Below are positions 38,066 through 49,418 of a stretch of DNA of 64,000 nt, in pieces. This stretch comes from Escherichia coli. GTDB taxonomy: Bacteria > Pseudomonadota > Gammaproteobacteria > Enterobacterales > Enterobacteriaceae. The stretch is from NCBI RefSeq assembly GCF_046105845.1, contig NZ_CP151004.1. The stretch is one strand, 5' to 3'. The notes below the pieces were generated by a model, which worked only from the letters and a program-made list of their open reading frames with translations, did no database searches and had not been told where the DNA came from. Position 1 is the first letter of the stretch. The number at the start of each line of letters is the position of its first letter. Position numbers and translations under genes: made by a program.

Positions 38066-38207
38066 AGAAAGTTATCCTGAAAATGGTTCACTGAAAACCT
38101 ACGACGTTATTGCTGTATTTACATATAATTAATCAGTATTTACATCGATATAATAAATGACATCTCTTTTTGGTATATAAGAATAGTTCTCTGTGACAGG
38201 AAGCATA

Positions 38208-38225
38208 TTCCTACAATTGTAAGAC
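38208..38225. promoter_or_regulatory. EvgA box-like 18-bp inverted repeat upstream of yfdX
   Basis: TTCCTACAATTGTAAGAC; half-sites match TTCPyTACA 9/9 and 8/9. Confidence 0.55.
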
Positions 38226-38360
38226 TAAAATACTTCTTGCGATAATAACTACAACTGTAAGATAACCCTTTCAAAATGACCGTTGCTCTCTGATTTCTCA
38301 TTTCATACTCACCCAATATGATGGCGGCGTTTTCTAAAACTGTTAAAGAATGAGGTAAGT

Positions 38361-38993
38361 ATGAAACGTTTAATTATGGCTACGATGGTCACAGCAATTC
38401 TGGCATCTTCAACTGTATGGGCGGCTGATAATGCACCGGTAGCGGCACAACAGCAAACTCAGCAAGTTCAGCAAACCCAGAAAACGGCAGCAGCAGAGCG
38501 TATCTCTGAACAAGGTTTATATGCGATGCGTGACGTGCAGGTAGCGCGCCTGGCTCTGTTTCATGGCGATCCGGAAAAGGCAAAAGAACTGACCAATGAA
38601 GCTTCAGCTTTGTTGTCAGATGACAGTACCGAATGGGCAAAGTTCGCTAAGCCAGGTAAAAAAACCAATGTCAATGATGACCAATATATTGTCATTAATG
38701 CATCTATCGGAATTTCTGAGAGTTATGTAGCGACACCCGAAAAAGAAGCCGCGATAAAAATTGCCAACGAAAAAATGGCGAAAGGGGATAAAAAGGGCGC
38801 AATGGAAGAGCTTCGCCTGGCCGGTGTTGGCGTAATGGAAAACCAATATCTGATGCCGCTCAAACAGACTCGTAATGCACTTGCTGATGCGCAGAAACTG
38901 CTTGATAAAAAGCAATACTACGAGGCAAACCTGGCGCTTAAAGGTGCGGAAGATGGAATCATCGTCGATAGCGAAGCACTGTTTGTGAACTAA
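38361..38993 (+). CDS. yfdX: YfdX family periplasmic protein
   Basis: 210-aa ORF with signal peptide [21 protein letters not shown]. Confidence 0.85.
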   Translation: MKRLIMATMVTAILASSTVWAADNAPVAAQQQTQQVQQTQKTAAAERISEQGLYAMRDVQVARLALFHGDPEKAKELTNEASALLSDDSTEWAKFAKPGKKTNVNDDQYIVINASIGISESYVATPEKEAAIKIANEKMAKGDKKGAMEELRLAGVGVMENQYLMPLKQTRNALADAQKLLDKKQYYEANLALKGAEDGIIVDSEALFVN

Positions 38994-39045
38994 TGCTGAC
39001 AGGCAGTATATTGAGGTAAAGGATTTAACTCCCTCCAGCCGACAA

Positions 39046-39086
39046 TTTTTTATGACCACAATACGACAGATTGTGGTCATAAAATT
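39046..39086. terminator. Bidirectional rho-independent terminator downstream of yfdX
   Basis: Perfect 11-bp stem atgaccacaat-acgacag-attgtggtcat flanked by T-run and A-run. Confidence 0.7.
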
Positions 39087-39236
39087 ATTTGGCGCTCGCG
39101 GTTCTATAAACTCGCATTTTATCTTCCTCAAAGTAAACCGCAATAATCCCGTGTCATCACAAATCATTTATTATGTTATGTTTTATGGTACGCTTTAAAA
39201 AGCGTAATCATACCCTTACTTGTAAATCACCGGCGC

Positions 39237-39254
39237 TTCTTACAGTTGTAAGAA
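39237..39254. promoter_or_regulatory. Near-perfect EvgA box upstream of frc
   Basis: TTCTTACAGTTGTAAGAA; 18-bp inverted repeat of two TTCPyTACA half-sites (8/9 and 9/9). Confidence 0.6.
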
Positions 39255-39505
39255 TAACATCACAAATGTCGCGGCTCTCTCTGATTACCGCGAACCAATA
39301 TTTATCATATTCTTCTTTTCGTCCTCACTACTTACCATGCAGAAAGGAATTGGAAGTGGCGATGAAATGATTTTCAGCACTTGATACAGGAATTTAAAAA
39401 TATCGAGTGCAGCTACGACGATATTTTGCGGATTATTTATAGAGGGCGTTATGCCTTAAATAAACGCTAAATTAACATATATTTAATTAACTAATAGGTA
39501 TTGCT

Positions 39506-40756
39506 ATGTCAACTCCACTTCAAGGAATTAAAGTTCTCGATTTCACCGGTGTGCAATCTGGCCCATCTTGTACTCAAATGCTGGCCTGGTTTGGCGCTGA
39601 CGTCATTAAAATTGAACGTCCCGGCGTTGGTGACGTAACGCGTCACCAGCTGCGAGATATTCCTGATATCGATGCGCTTTACTTCACCATGCTTAACAGT
39701 AACAAACGTTCTATTGAATTAAATACCAAAACAGCGGAAGGCAAAGAGGTAATGGAAAAGCTGATCCGCGAAGCTGATATCTTAGTCGAGAACTTTCATC
39801 CTGGGGCCATTGATCACATGGGCTTCACCTGGGAGCATATTCAAGAAATCAATCCACGTCTGATTTTTGGTTCGATCAAAGGGTTTGATGAGTGTTCGCC
39901 TTATGTGAATGTAAAAGCCTATGAAAACGTTGCTCAGGCAGCGGGTGGCGCGGCATCCACTACGGGTTTTTGGGACGGTCCGCCGCTGGTAAGCGCTGCA
40001 GCGTTGGGTGACAGCAACACCGGAATGCATTTACTGATCGGTTTACTTGCTGCTTTGCTGCATCGCGAAAAAACGGGGCGTGGGCAACGAGTCACCATGT
40101 CAATGCAGGATGCCGTATTGAACCTTTGCCGCGTGAAATTACGCGACCAGCAGCGTCTCGATAAATTGGGTTATCTGGAAGAATACCCGCAGTATCCGAA
40201 TGGCACATTTGGTGATGCAGTTCCCCGCGGAGGTAATGCGGGTGGTGGCGGTCAGCCTGGCTGGATCCTGAAATGTAAAGGCTGGGAAACCGATCCTAAC
40301 GCCTATATTTATTTCACTATTCAGGAGCAAAACTGGGAAAACACCTGTAAAGCCATCGGCAAACCAGATTGGATTACCGATCCGGCATACAGTACAGCCC
40401 ATGCCCGACAGCCACATATTTTCGATATTTTTGCTGAAATCGAAAAATACACTGTCACTATTGATAAACATGAAGCGGTGGCCTATTTGACTCAGTTTGA
40501 TATTCCTTGTGCACCGGTTTTAAGTATGAAAGAAATTTCACTTGATCCCTCTTTGCGCCAAAGTGGCAGTGTTGTTGAAGTGGAACAACCGTTGCGTGGA
40601 AAATATCTGACAGTTGGTTGTCCAATGAAATTCTCTGCCTTTACGCCGGATATTAAAGCTGCGCCGCTATTAGGTGAACATACCGCTGCTGTATTGCAGG
40701 AGCTGGGTTATAGCGACGATGAAATTGCTGCAATGAAGCAAAACCACGCCATCTGA
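39506..40756 (+). CDS. frc: Formyl-CoA:oxalate CoA-transferase (class III CoA transferase)
   Basis: 416-aa [49 protein letters not shown]... recognised as Frc. Confidence 0.9.
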   Translation: MSTPLQGIKVLDFTGVQSGPSCTQMLAWFGADVIKIERPGVGDVTRHQLRDIPDIDALYFTMLNSNKRSIELNTKTAEGKEVMEKLIREADILVENFHPGAIDHMGFTWEHIQEINPRLIFGSIKGFDECSPYVNVKAYENVAQAAGGAASTTGFWDGPPLVSAAALGDSNTGMHLLIGLLAALLHREKTGRGQRVTMSMQDAVLNLCRVKLRDQQRLDKLGYLEEYPQYPNGTFGDAVPRGGNAGGGGQPGWILKCKGWETDPNAYIYFTIQEQNWENTCKAIGKPDWITDPAYSTAHARQPHIFDIFAEIEKYTVTIDKHEAVAYLTQFDIPCAPVLSMKEISLDPSLRQSGSVVEVEQPLRGKYLTVGCPMKFSAFTPDIKAAPLLGEHTAAVLQELGYSDDEIAAMKQNHAI

Positions 40757-40809
40757 TATTAACGGGGGCTTCTGGCTCCCAATTTATAAAAATTTCGAGG
40801 TTATTAATC

Positions 40810-42504
40810 ATGTCAGATCAACTTCAAATGACAGATGGTATGCATATCATCGTTGAAGCATTAAAACAGAATGATATTGACACTATTTATGGTGTTGTAG
40901 GTATTCCTGTGACGGATATGGCACGCCATGCCCAGGCGGAAGGCATTCGTTATATTGGTTTTCGTCATGAGCAGTCGGCAGGCTATGCCGCTGCGGCAAG
41001 CGGTTTTCTTACCCAAAAACCGGGGATCTGCCTGACAGTTTCTGCGCCAGGATTCCTCAATGGTTTGACCGCATTGGCCAATGCAACGGTAAATGGTTTT
41101 CCGATGATCATGATTAGCGGCTCCAGCGACCGCGCGATCGTCGACCTACAGCAAGGTGATTATGAAGAGCTGGACCAAATGAATGCGGCAAAACCGTATG
41201 CCAAAGCAGCATTCCGCGTTAATCAGCCGCAGGATCTTGGCATTGCATTGGCACGCGCTATCCGGGTCTCAGTATCGGGTCGCCCTGGCGGAGTTTATCT
41301 TGATTTACCAGCAAATGTCCTGGCCGCGACGATGGAAAAAGACGAAGCGTTAACCACGATTGTAAAAGTTGAAAATCCGTCGCCAGCATTATTGCCATGC
41401 CCGAAGTCAGTCACTAGCGCAATTTCGCTTTTAGCAAAAGCTGAACGTCCATTAGTTATCCTTGGCAAAGGCGCGGCGTATTCACAAGCGGATGAACAGC
41501 TTCGTGAATTTATTGAAAGTGCCCAGATTCCATTCCTGCCAATGTCTATGGCGAAAGGGATCCTCGAAGATACACATCCACTTTCTGCGGCAACTGCGCG
41601 TTCGTTTGCCCTGGCAAATGCTGACGTTGTCATGCTTGTTGGTGCACGACTGAATTGGTTACTGGCACACGGTAAAAAAGGATGGGCGGCAGATACACAG
41701 TTTATTCAACTGGATATTGAACCGCAGGAAATTGACAGCAACCGCCCCATTGCTGTGCCAGTCGTTGGCGATATTGCATCCAGTATGCAAGATATGCTGG
41801 CAGAACTGAAAAAAAACACATTTACGACTCCACTGGTATGGCGCGATATTTTAAATATCCACAAGCAGCAAAATGCACAAAAAATGCATGAAAAATTAAG
41901 TACAGATACTCAACCATTAAATTACTTTAATGCATTAAGTGCTGTGCGCGATGTATTGCGCGAGAACCAGGATATTTATTTAGTTAATGAAGGTGCAAAT
42001 ACCCTGGATAATGCACGAAATATTATTGATATGTATAAACCACGTCGCCGTCTGGATTGTGGTACCTGGGGTGTCATGGGCATCGGTATGGGCTATGCCA
42101 TCGGTGCTAGCGTGACCTCTGGTTCTCCGGTTGTCGCCATTGAAGGTGATAGTGCTTTTGGTTTCAGTGGGATGGAGATTGAAACGATTTGTCGATATAA
42201 CCTGCCGGTGACGGTCGTTATTTTTAATAATGGCGGCATCTACAGAGGAGACGGTGTTGATCTCAGTGGCGCTGGTGCACCATCACCAACAGATCTATTG
42301 CACCATGCAAGGTATGACAAATTAATGGATGCGTTTCGTGGCGTTGGCTATAACGTCACTACGACAGATGAACTTCGTCATGCTTTAACCACCGGTATTC
42401 AGTCGCGCAAACCGACCATTATTAATGTGGTCATCGACCCTGCAGCAGGAACTGAAAGTGGCCATATTACCAAACTTAACCCAAAACAAGTCGCTGGTAA
42501 TTAA
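40810..42504 (+). CDS. oxc: Oxalyl-CoA decarboxylase (ThDP-dependent)
   Basis: 564-aa ORF with ThDP-binding [14 protein letters not shown]...NNGG region. Confidence 0.9.
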   Translation: MSDQLQMTDGMHIIVEALKQNDIDTIYGVVGIPVTDMARHAQAEGIRYIGFRHEQSAGYAAAASGFLTQKPGICLTVSAPGFLNGLTALANATVNGFPMIMISGSSDRAIVDLQQGDYEELDQMNAAKPYAKAAFRVNQPQDLGIALARAIRVSVSGRPGGVYLDLPANVLAATMEKDEALTTIVKVENPSPALLPCPKSVTSAISLLAKAERPLVILGKGAAYSQADEQLREFIESAQIPFLPMSMAKGILEDTHPLSAATARSFALANADVVMLVGARLNWLLAHGKKGWAADTQFIQLDIEPQEIDSNRPIAVPVVGDIASSMQDMLAELKKNTFTTPLVWRDILNIHKQQNAQKMHEKLSTDTQPLNYFNALSAVRDVLRENQDIYLVNEGANTLDNARNIIDMYKPRRRLDCGTWGVMGIGMGYAIGASVTSGSPVVAIEGDSAFGFSGMEIETICRYNLPVTVVIFNNGGIYRGDGVDLSGAGAPSPTDLLHHARYDKLMDAFRGVGYNVTTTDELRHALTTGIQSRKPTIINVVIDPAAGTESGHITKLNPKQVAGN

Positions 42505-42572
42505 ATACTGACATCGTCTCCTCTTGCCAACTCATTATCGATGGTGAGGGGACCCTTATCGGAAATACTATT

Positions 42573-43517
42573 ATGCTAACATTTTTTATTGGCGATTTAT
42601 TGCCTATTATCGTAATCATGCTGTTGGGTTATTTTAGCGGCAGACGAGAAACTTTTTCAGAAGATCAAGCCCGGGCATTTAATAAACTGGTATTAAACTA
42701 CGCTCTTCCTGCGGCCCTATTTGTTTCTATTACCCGGGCAAATAGGGAAATGATTTTTGCGGACACTCGCCTGACCCTTGTATCACTTGTGGTTATTGTC
42801 GGATGTTTCTTTTTCTCCTGGTTTGGTTGCTACAAATTTTTTAAACGTACTCATGCAGAAGCAGCAGTATGTGCATTAATTGCAGGTTCACCTACCATCG
42901 GATTCCTGGGATTTGCAGTTCTCGATCCTATTTATGGTGATTCCGTATCAACAGGTTTAGTTGTAGCAATTATTTCTATTATTGTTAACGCAATTACTAT
43001 TCCTATTGGTCTGTATTTGCTGAATCCTTCCTCAGGAGCAGATGGTAAGAAGAATAGTAATCTGAGCGCATTAATTTCTGCGGCAAAGGAGCCAGTAGTA
43101 TGGGCACCTGTTCTGGCAACGATCCTGGTGTTGGTTGGGGTAAAAATTCCGGCAGCATGGGACCCAACCTTTAATCTGATTGCGAAGGCTAACTCAGGGG
43201 TAGCGGTATTCGCTGCGGGGTTGACTCTGGCTGCACATAAATTCGAGTTCAGTGCTGAAATTGCTTATAACACCTTCCTGAAGCTGATTCTGATGCCACT
43301 GGTGCTGCTTCTCGTGGGTATGGCATGTCATTTGAACAGCGAACATTTGCAGATGATGGTACTGGCAGGCGCCTTACCGCCGGCATTCTCCGGAATCATT
43401 ATTGCCAGCCGGTTTAATGTCTACACCCGCACTGGTACAGCATCATTGGCTGTGAGCGTACTGGGCTTTGTCGTCACGGCTCCTTTGTGGATTTATGTCA
43501 GTCGACTGGTTTCATAA
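42573..43517 (+). CDS. yfdV: AEC (auxin efflux carrier) family membrane transporter
   Basis: 314-aa polytopic membrane ORF in the frc-oxc cluster. Confidence 0.8.
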   Translation: MLTFFIGDLLPIIVIMLLGYFSGRRETFSEDQARAFNKLVLNYALPAALFVSITRANREMIFADTRLTLVSLVVIVGCFFFSWFGCYKFFKRTHAEAAVCALIAGSPTIGFLGFAVLDPIYGDSVSTGLVVAIISIIVNAITIPIGLYLLNPSSGADGKKNSNLSALISAAKEPVVWAPVLATILVLVGVKIPAAWDPTFNLIAKANSGVAVFAAGLTLAAHKFEFSAEIAYNTFLKLILMPLVLLLVGMACHLNSEHLQMMVLAGALPPAFSGIIIASRFNVYTRTGTASLAVSVLGFVVTAPLWIYVSRLVS

Positions 43518-43590
43518 TTAATCATGTTATTGATTTTACATAAATGCCGAAGTGTCTTTTCACCTTCGGCTTTTTTCAAGGCATAAGCAA

Positions 43591-44736
43591 ATGACAAATA
43601 ATGAATGCAAAGGGCCGTTTGAAGGCTTATTAGTTATCGATATGACACATGTCCTTAATGGACCTTTCGGAACTCAACTTCTTTGTAATATGGGCGCAAG
43701 GGTAATTAAAGTTGAGCCGCCGGGCCATGGTGATGATACCCGCACATTTGGTCCCTATGTGGATGGACAGTCACTCTATTACAGTTTTATTAATCATGGC
43801 AAAGAGAGTGTGGTTCTTGATTTAAAGAATGATCACGATAAAAGTATATTTATAAATATGCTTAAACAAGCTGATGTATTAGCTGAGAATTTTCGCCCTG
43901 GTACAATGGAAAAACTGGGGTTTTCATGGGAAACGCTACAAGAAATCAACCCGCGTCTCATATATGCTTCATCGTCAGGTTTTGGGCATACCGGCCCGCT
44001 AAAAGATGCTCCTGCCTACGATACCATCATTCAGGCAATGAGCGGGATAATGATGGAAACGGGATACCCTGATGCTCCGCCAGTTCGCGTGGGTACCTCT
44101 CTTGCGGATTTATGTGGCGGTGTCTATTTATTCAGTGGAATAGTGAGTGCACTTTATGGCCGCGAAAAGAGCCAACGAGGGGCGCATGTCGATATAGCGA
44201 TGTTTGATGCCACTCTGAGTTTTCTGGAGCACGGACTGATGGCATATATCGCGACTGGGAAGTCACCACAACGTCTGGGAAATCGTCACCCCTACATGGC
44301 ACCTTTTGATGTTTTCGATACTCAGGATAAGCCGATTACGATTTGTTGTGGTAATGACAAGCTTTTTTCTGCGTTATGTCAGGCACTGGATCTGACGGAG
44401 CTGGTTGATGATCCCCGATTTATCAGCAATATTTTACGCGTACAAAACCAGGCTATTCTTAAACAATATATTGAGCGGACGTTAAAAACACAGGCAGCTG
44501 AAGTTTGGTTAGCCAGAATACATGAAGTTGGTGTACCCGTAGCGCCGTTATTAAGTGTGGCTGAGGCCATTAATTTGCCACAAACTCAGGCGAGAAATAT
44601 GTTGATTGAAGCCGGGGGAATAATGATGCCGGGTAATCCGATAAAAATCAGCGGCTGCGCGGACCCGCATGTTATGCCGGGAGCGGCAACGCTCGACCAG
44701 CATGGGGAACAAATTCGCCAGGAATTCTCATCGTAA
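43591..44736 (+). CDS. yfdE: Acetyl-CoA:oxalate CoA-transferase (class III CoA transferase, Frc paralog); start taken at MTNNECKG
   Basis: Paralogous to frc in this window (LVIDMTHVLNGPFGTQLL...). Confidence 0.85.
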   Translation: MTNNECKGPFEGLLVIDMTHVLNGPFGTQLLCNMGARVIKVEPPGHGDDTRTFGPYVDGQSLYYSFINHGKESVVLDLKNDHDKSIFINMLKQADVLAENFRPGTMEKLGFSWETLQEINPRLIYASSSGFGHTGPLKDAPAYDTIIQAMSGIMMETGYPDAPPVRVGTSLADLCGGVYLFSGIVSALYGREKSQRGAHVDIAMFDATLSFLEHGLMAYIATGKSPQRLGNRHPYMAPFDVFDTQDKPITICCGNDKLFSALCQALDLTELVDDPRFISNILRVQNQAILKQYIERTLKTQAAEVWLARIHEVGVPVAPLLSVAEAINLPQTQARNMLIEAGGIMMPGNPIKISGCADPHVMPGAATLDQHGEQIRQEFSS

Positions 44737-44790
44737 ATTAAGATGTGCTGGTAAATAGCTCCCACATTTGAACATTGTGGGAGCCGCTAT

Positions 44791-47700
44791 TTAGTCATTT
44801 TGTTGACAGAAAACAGCAATCTCCTGGTCTAACTCTGCAATGTGTTCTTTAACAGAGTTCAGCAACTTAAGAATTTCAGGCTTGCTGTCATCTGAAACGG
44901 GCGTTATTTCTAACTGATGGCTAAGATTAATCAACTTTTGCAAATTCAGGATGTTAGCCGCACCGTGGATGCGATGAATACACTGATGGAAAATTCTGTT
45001 GTCGCCAGCTTCTAGTGCATGAAACGCAGCGGGTAGATCTTTATGCGTTTCATGCTGGAAAGTCATGAGAATCTCCTGCATCAGTTGTAGATCGTTCGCC
45101 GTATTATTTTTCAGGGCCTCGATATCAAGGTGGCGATACTGAGGTGCAATATGCGCAACCTGGTGTAACTGACTTAAATGTGTTTTCAGTACATCCAGGG
45201 TCAACGGTTTGAACAAACATAAGTTCATGCCGCAATTTAACCCTTTTTCACGTTCGTTAGCCTGTGCGTTGGCTGTAAGCCCCCAGATAGGTAAGGAAGA
45301 ATTTTGCTCACGGAGTTTGCGAGTCAACTCAAAACCATCCATATTCGGCATATTAACGTCAGTAATAAGCAGATCATAATGTTGCATACTGACTTTGTGT
45401 AGCGCTTGCACACCATCAGTGGCTTCATCAACATCATATCCTAATAGGTTTAGCTGGCGTTTGAGTAATAGCCTGTTGGTCGGATGATCATCCGCGATTA
45501 ATATACTCAACTTTTCAGGGAGTGTCATAGGTTGTTCTGCTTTTGCCTCGACAGTCGCCACTTGTTGGGTAATTTCTACCGGGATTGTGATCGTAAATGT
45601 CGTTCCTATGCCTGGATGACTTTCTAATGACAAATCGCCCTGCATGTTTTTAATTAATTCTTTGCAGATCATTAAGCCTAAACCAGAACCTGTTTGCTGA
45701 CGACCTGCACTTGTTTGGCTATAGCGTTTAAACAGTTGTTGTTGTTCTTCCTGCGATAATCCACTTCCAGAATCCATAATCGTCATTTTGATAACAGCGT
45801 GGTTGTCATCAATGTCACCCAGGGAGGTCGTAATTTTTACTGCCCCCTCGGTGGTAAATTTGAGAGCATTGCTCAGTAAATTAGATAAGACCTGCTTAAA
45901 CGCCTGAGGGTCGATCTTAACCTGGTAATGTTCAGGAAACGTACTGCTGCAACTTAATGCGATGGATTTGCTTGCAGCAATCGCACCGAAAGAGTGACAA
46001 GTGTTCTGGACTAAAGTAGGGATATCGACCCATTGTGGTTGAAGTTGATAGTTACCCGACTCAATTTTGTCGACATCAAGGATTTCACCAATTAAGCCGA
46101 GGAGTGATTGTCCGGTGGCGTAGGCAAGTGAAATCGCCTCCACCCGTTGCTCCTTGCTAAGACCAGAACCCGACAAAAGTTCCAGGAAGCCCATAATGGA
46201 GCTTATTGGTGTTCTTATTTCGTGACTCATTGTTGCCAGAAACTGGCTTTTTGCGACAGTTGCATTGATCGCTTTATTTCTCTCTACTTCGAGTGCATGA
46301 ATTAAATCACGCGTCTCGGTAATATCTTGCCAACCACAAATATAAACAGCATGATCGCTGGCTGGCAGATTGCATAATGTATGCCAGTGATTAATGCATC
46401 TTTTCTCGATGCCATTATCAATTTCAAATACCTGTGTGTATATTGTTCGATTTTCTTTCGTTTCTGCTGTGACTTCATGCGCATTAGAAAAAACATCTTT
46501 AAAGGGTGAGTCACTGTTTTCTAATGGTAACATTGCATTTTTGTAGTAATCCGCAGTGAAATAATGTTCAAAAGCACTATTATGACTAATGACATTACCT
46601 TGCCAGTTTACAACATAAGTTGGATTCGGTAAGGAATCCGAGAGTGCTTTTCGGAATGATATTTGGTTTTCTAAATCACCCTGAATGACTTTACGACGAC
46701 GAACTGAGCGTAACAGGTAGAATCCCCATAAAAGGCTACTGCCAACTAATAAAACGGATAATGTCGTGACAATATAAAATTGCTCGCTATAGAGGTCCCA
46801 TGTGTCAATGGTCACATTGGGCATTTTAATCCATTTTTCCGTCAGGCGCAGAACTTCGCTTGGGGGAATTGCATTCAGTGCTTTATTAATAATATCCTTA
46901 AGTTCCGGTTCTCCGCGAGGAAAAGCGAACGAAAGCGATGCATTCTGAACGCCGGGAATAAGAAAATGATAAAGTTCATTAGGATAGTAATGGTCGATCA
47001 TGTAACGCGAATTTAGCTGTGTCGCGACCAGAGCATCAAGTTCACCTTCTTTAACCTTGTGAAATGCAGCGCTGGCATTATCGACTTTTATCCACTCTAC
47101 CTCCGGATACATCTCTTTTAATTGCGAATGAAGCTCATAATAATATGGAATGGCAACTTTCATTCCTTTTTTTAATGTTTGTTCACTGTCAGGCGCTTTT
47201 TGCATGACAAAAACGTAAGGCGTTGTTATGAAGGCTTCAGCAAATGAAACATTATTTTCTCGATCTTCACTATAAATAGCGGCGGGCAATATATCCCATC
47301 CACCGGGATTAAGCTGTGTCCCCGCATGAATATTGTGTGAAACGGTGATCGGAGAAAAATTTAAACCTGTTTGCAAGGTAATAATATTAAGAATATCACC
47401 CATCACGCCCCGAACTGAGCCAGTTTCATCTGTCATAGAATAGGGTGGCGAGTAAGGATTTTCCAGCACCTTTAAATCGGGATGCTGCTTAATCCACTGT
47501 TTTTCATGTTCAGTGAGTTCTAATGGTTTGTTCAGAAAGGCCAGGTTTCCTGTATCAAGCCAATTTTGTGATACTTCATAGCGAACTTCATTTGTTAAAG
47601 CATCAACAAATCGATTGAGTACTTCATTAAGAACGACTGAATCTTTTCTGGTTAAGAAAAAGTTATATTGACGCGGCGAGTTATAATATTTCACTACATT

Positions 47701-48384
47701 TAAGGAGTGAGTGAAATAGCGGGAAATCATACTGCTGGTAATAATGTTACTACCAATAAAGTAATCATTCTGTCCGGCTGAGACGGATGCTAATGCCTGA
47801 TATAAATTTGTAAAAGAGATAATTGTTGCTTTTGGAAATGATTGATGAATTACCTCATCTGGAGGGTAATTTGCTACCCGAGCAATATTTACTGGTTTTG
47901 ATGAGGTAAGCGGTCTCATTGAATCGTGAAGGGTGGTGACCAGCGCCGGAAAGGTAATTATCAGCGGTTTGGTTGCAGCAATGTCATCATTAAGAGGCGG
48001 CGAAGCAACTAAATGTGATAACACTATATCGACTTCCCCTTCTGTAAGCGCGTCCATTGCTTTTTGATGATCTGCGTATTCCCGGAGTGTTAATTTGATA
48101 TTTAACGCTCTTTTTAAAAGATTTAAATAATCAGCATTAATACCACGAACCCGTTGCTGCGAATCGGTATGCAACAAAGTAGCCGTTTGGGACTTGTGTA
48201 CTGCAATCACAAGATTTTTTTTGCTCGCTAACCAACGTAATTCCTTGTTGCTCAGACGTAGTGGATCAAGCGTGACACGGTTGTTACTACTGATGCCACG
48301 ATATTCGATGTAATCTTCGTCTGCGAAAATTATGGTCGACCAAAGACCACAACAGAGAAGAATAATATAGGGTAAAAACTTCAT
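44791..48384 (-). CDS. evgS: Hybrid sensor histidine kinase EvgS (two periplasmic solute-binding-like domains, HisKA/ATPase, receiver, HPt)
   Basis: 1197-aa ORF with H-box (ATMSHEIRTPISSIMGFLELL), receiver (LIADDHPTNR) and C-terminal HPt. Confidence 0.95.
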   Translation of the reverse strand: MKFLPYIILLCCGLWSTIIFADEDYIEYRGISSNNRVTLDPLRLSNKELRWLASKKNLVIAVHKSQTATLLHTDSQQRVRGINADYLNLLKRALNIKLTLREYADHQKAMDALTEGEVDIVLSHLVASPPLNDDIAATKPLIITFPALVTTLHDSMRPLTSSKPVNIARVANYPPDEVIHQSFPKATIISFTNLYQALASVSAGQNDYFIGSNIITSSMISRYFTHSLNVVKYYNSPRQYNFFLTRKDSVVLNEVLNRFVDALTNEVRYEVSQNWLDTGNLAFLNKPLELTEHEKQWIKQHPDLKVLENPYSPPYSMTDETGSVRGVMGDILNIITLQTGLNFSPITVSHNIHAGTQLNPGGWDILPAAIYSEDRENNVSFAEAFITTPYVFVMQKAPDSEQTLKKGMKVAIPYYYELHSQLKEMYPEVEWIKVDNASAAFHKVKEGELDALVATQLNSRYMIDHYYPNELYHFLIPGVQNASLSFAFPRGEPELKDIINKALNAIPPSEVLRLTEKWIKMPNVTIDTWDLYSEQFYIVTTLSVLLVGSSLLWGFYLLRSVRRRKVIQGDLENQISFRKALSDSLPNPTYVVNWQGNVISHNSAFEHYFTADYYKNAMLPLENSDSPFKDVFSNAHEVTAETKENRTIYTQVFEIDNGIEKRCINHWHTLCNLPASDHAVYICGWQDITETRDLIHALEVERNKAINATVAKSQFLATMSHEIRTPISSIMGFLELLSGSGLSKEQRVEAISLAYATGQSLLGLIGEILDVDKIESGNYQLQPQWVDIPTLVQNTCHSFGAIAASKSIALSCSSTFPEHYQVKIDPQAFKQVLSNLLSNALKFTTEGAVKITTSLGDIDDNHAVIKMTIMDSGSGLSQEEQQQLFKRYSQTSAGRQQTGSGLGLMICKELIKNMQGDLSLESHPGIGTTFTITIPVEITQQVATVEAKAEQPMTLPEKLSILIADDHPTNRLLLKRQLNLLGYDVDEATDGVQALHKVSMQHYDLLITDVNMPNMDGFELTRKLREQNSSLPIWGLTANAQANEREKGLNCGMNLCLFKPLTLDVLKTHLSQLHQVAHIAPQYRHLDIEALKNNTANDLQLMQEILMTFQHETHKDLPAAFHALEAGDNRIFHQCIHRIHGAANILNLQKLINLSHQLEITPVSDDSKPEILKLLNSVKEHIAELDQEIAVFCQQND

Positions 48385-48388
48385 GTGG

Positions 48389-49003
48389 TTAGCCGATTTT
48401 GTTACGTTGTGCGAATGTGTAAAGATCCATCAGTGATTTACATTCTAATTTTTCCATCAGGCGACTTTTATAAGTGCTGACAGTTTTGTTGCTGATGAAC
48501 ATTTTTTCCGCAATATCATTATTATCCTTGCCATCAAGAATATATCGCATGACACTAATTTCTTGTTTCGATAAGGAGTCGAGTTTTTGCTGGTCGGACG
48601 TTAAACTTCCAACAAACCGGTTGAGAGAGAAGGGGAAATAGCAGTAGCCATTTTTTGCAGCTTCAATAGCCGCAATGATATTGTTCATGCCTTCTTTTTT
48701 ACTCACGAATCCATTAGCGCCAGCATCAGCACAATGTTTCCCGTAAAAATGGTCATTTTTAGCGGAGACGATAATAATAATTCCGCTATATTGGCGCTTC
48801 CTCAGCGTTTCTAACACCTGGATACCGTTAACTCCGGGGATATCGACATCAATGATGACGATATCAGGTTTAAGTGTTTCCACCCGCTGAACGGCACTTC
48901 CCCCTTCAGTCAACTCCGCTAAGATTTCAATATCGTTTTTGATCAATAAATTACGAATTGCTGCGATAGCAAGAGGATGGTCATCAATAATTATTGCGTT
49001 CAT
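48389..49003 (-). CDS. evgA: Response regulator EvgA (receiver + LuxR-type HTH)
   Basis: 204-aa ORF MNAIIIDDHPLAIAAIRNLL...; operon with evgS. Confidence 0.95.
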   Translation of the reverse strand: MNAIIIDDHPLAIAAIRNLLIKNDIEILAELTEGGSAVQRVETLKPDIVIIDVDIPGVNGIQVLETLRKRQYSGIIIIVSAKNDHFYGKHCADAGANGFVSKKEGMNNIIAAIEAAKNGYCYFPFSLNRFVGSLTSDQQKLDSLSKQEISVMRYILDGKDNNDIAEKMFISNKTVSTYKSRLMEKLECKSLMDLYTFAQRNKIG

Positions 49004-49227
49004 AGATTATTCCCTTTGCAATGAAGCATCTCCCTTCTCCCTGTAGTAATACAGACATAAGGCATCATCTCATTTTCTCAATAAAAATAAGAAAATTTGA
49101 GCTTCCTTTAAGATAATTCGACAAGTATACCATATAAATAGTCGGCATATATGAAATGTCAACAATAAAATCAGGGATTGTACCGATTATTTATAGTTTC
49201 ACATTAGTACTATAAGTCTTCTCACTA

Positions 49228-49245
49228 ATCCTACATGCGTAAGAA
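49228..49245. promoter_or_regulatory. EvgA box-like inverted repeat in the evgA-emrK divergent promoter region
   Basis: ATCCTACATGCGTAAGAA; half-sites match TTCPyTACA 7/9 each. Confidence 0.45.
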
Positions 49246-49418
49246 TTGTATTGCAAAAGCCACGGTTTAGTCCTCTGTTGTTTTTTTTGCACCTCATTTA
49301 AATTAGGCCTCCAACGTTCCTGGGATAATGTGCAACACATGCACTGTGTTTGATATGAAGAATGAATAATCATTTCATTCAATTCATAAATTTCATCTAT
49401 GCGAAATGAGAGATAATA

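Noticed and set aside
38000-49400. Possibility that the yfdX-frc-oxc-yfdV-yfdE and evgAS-emrKY block is a recently acquired novel island
   Set aside because: Gene content and order match the known K-12 acid-resistance and efflux region; AT-richness fits its known foreign-like character but it is not new.
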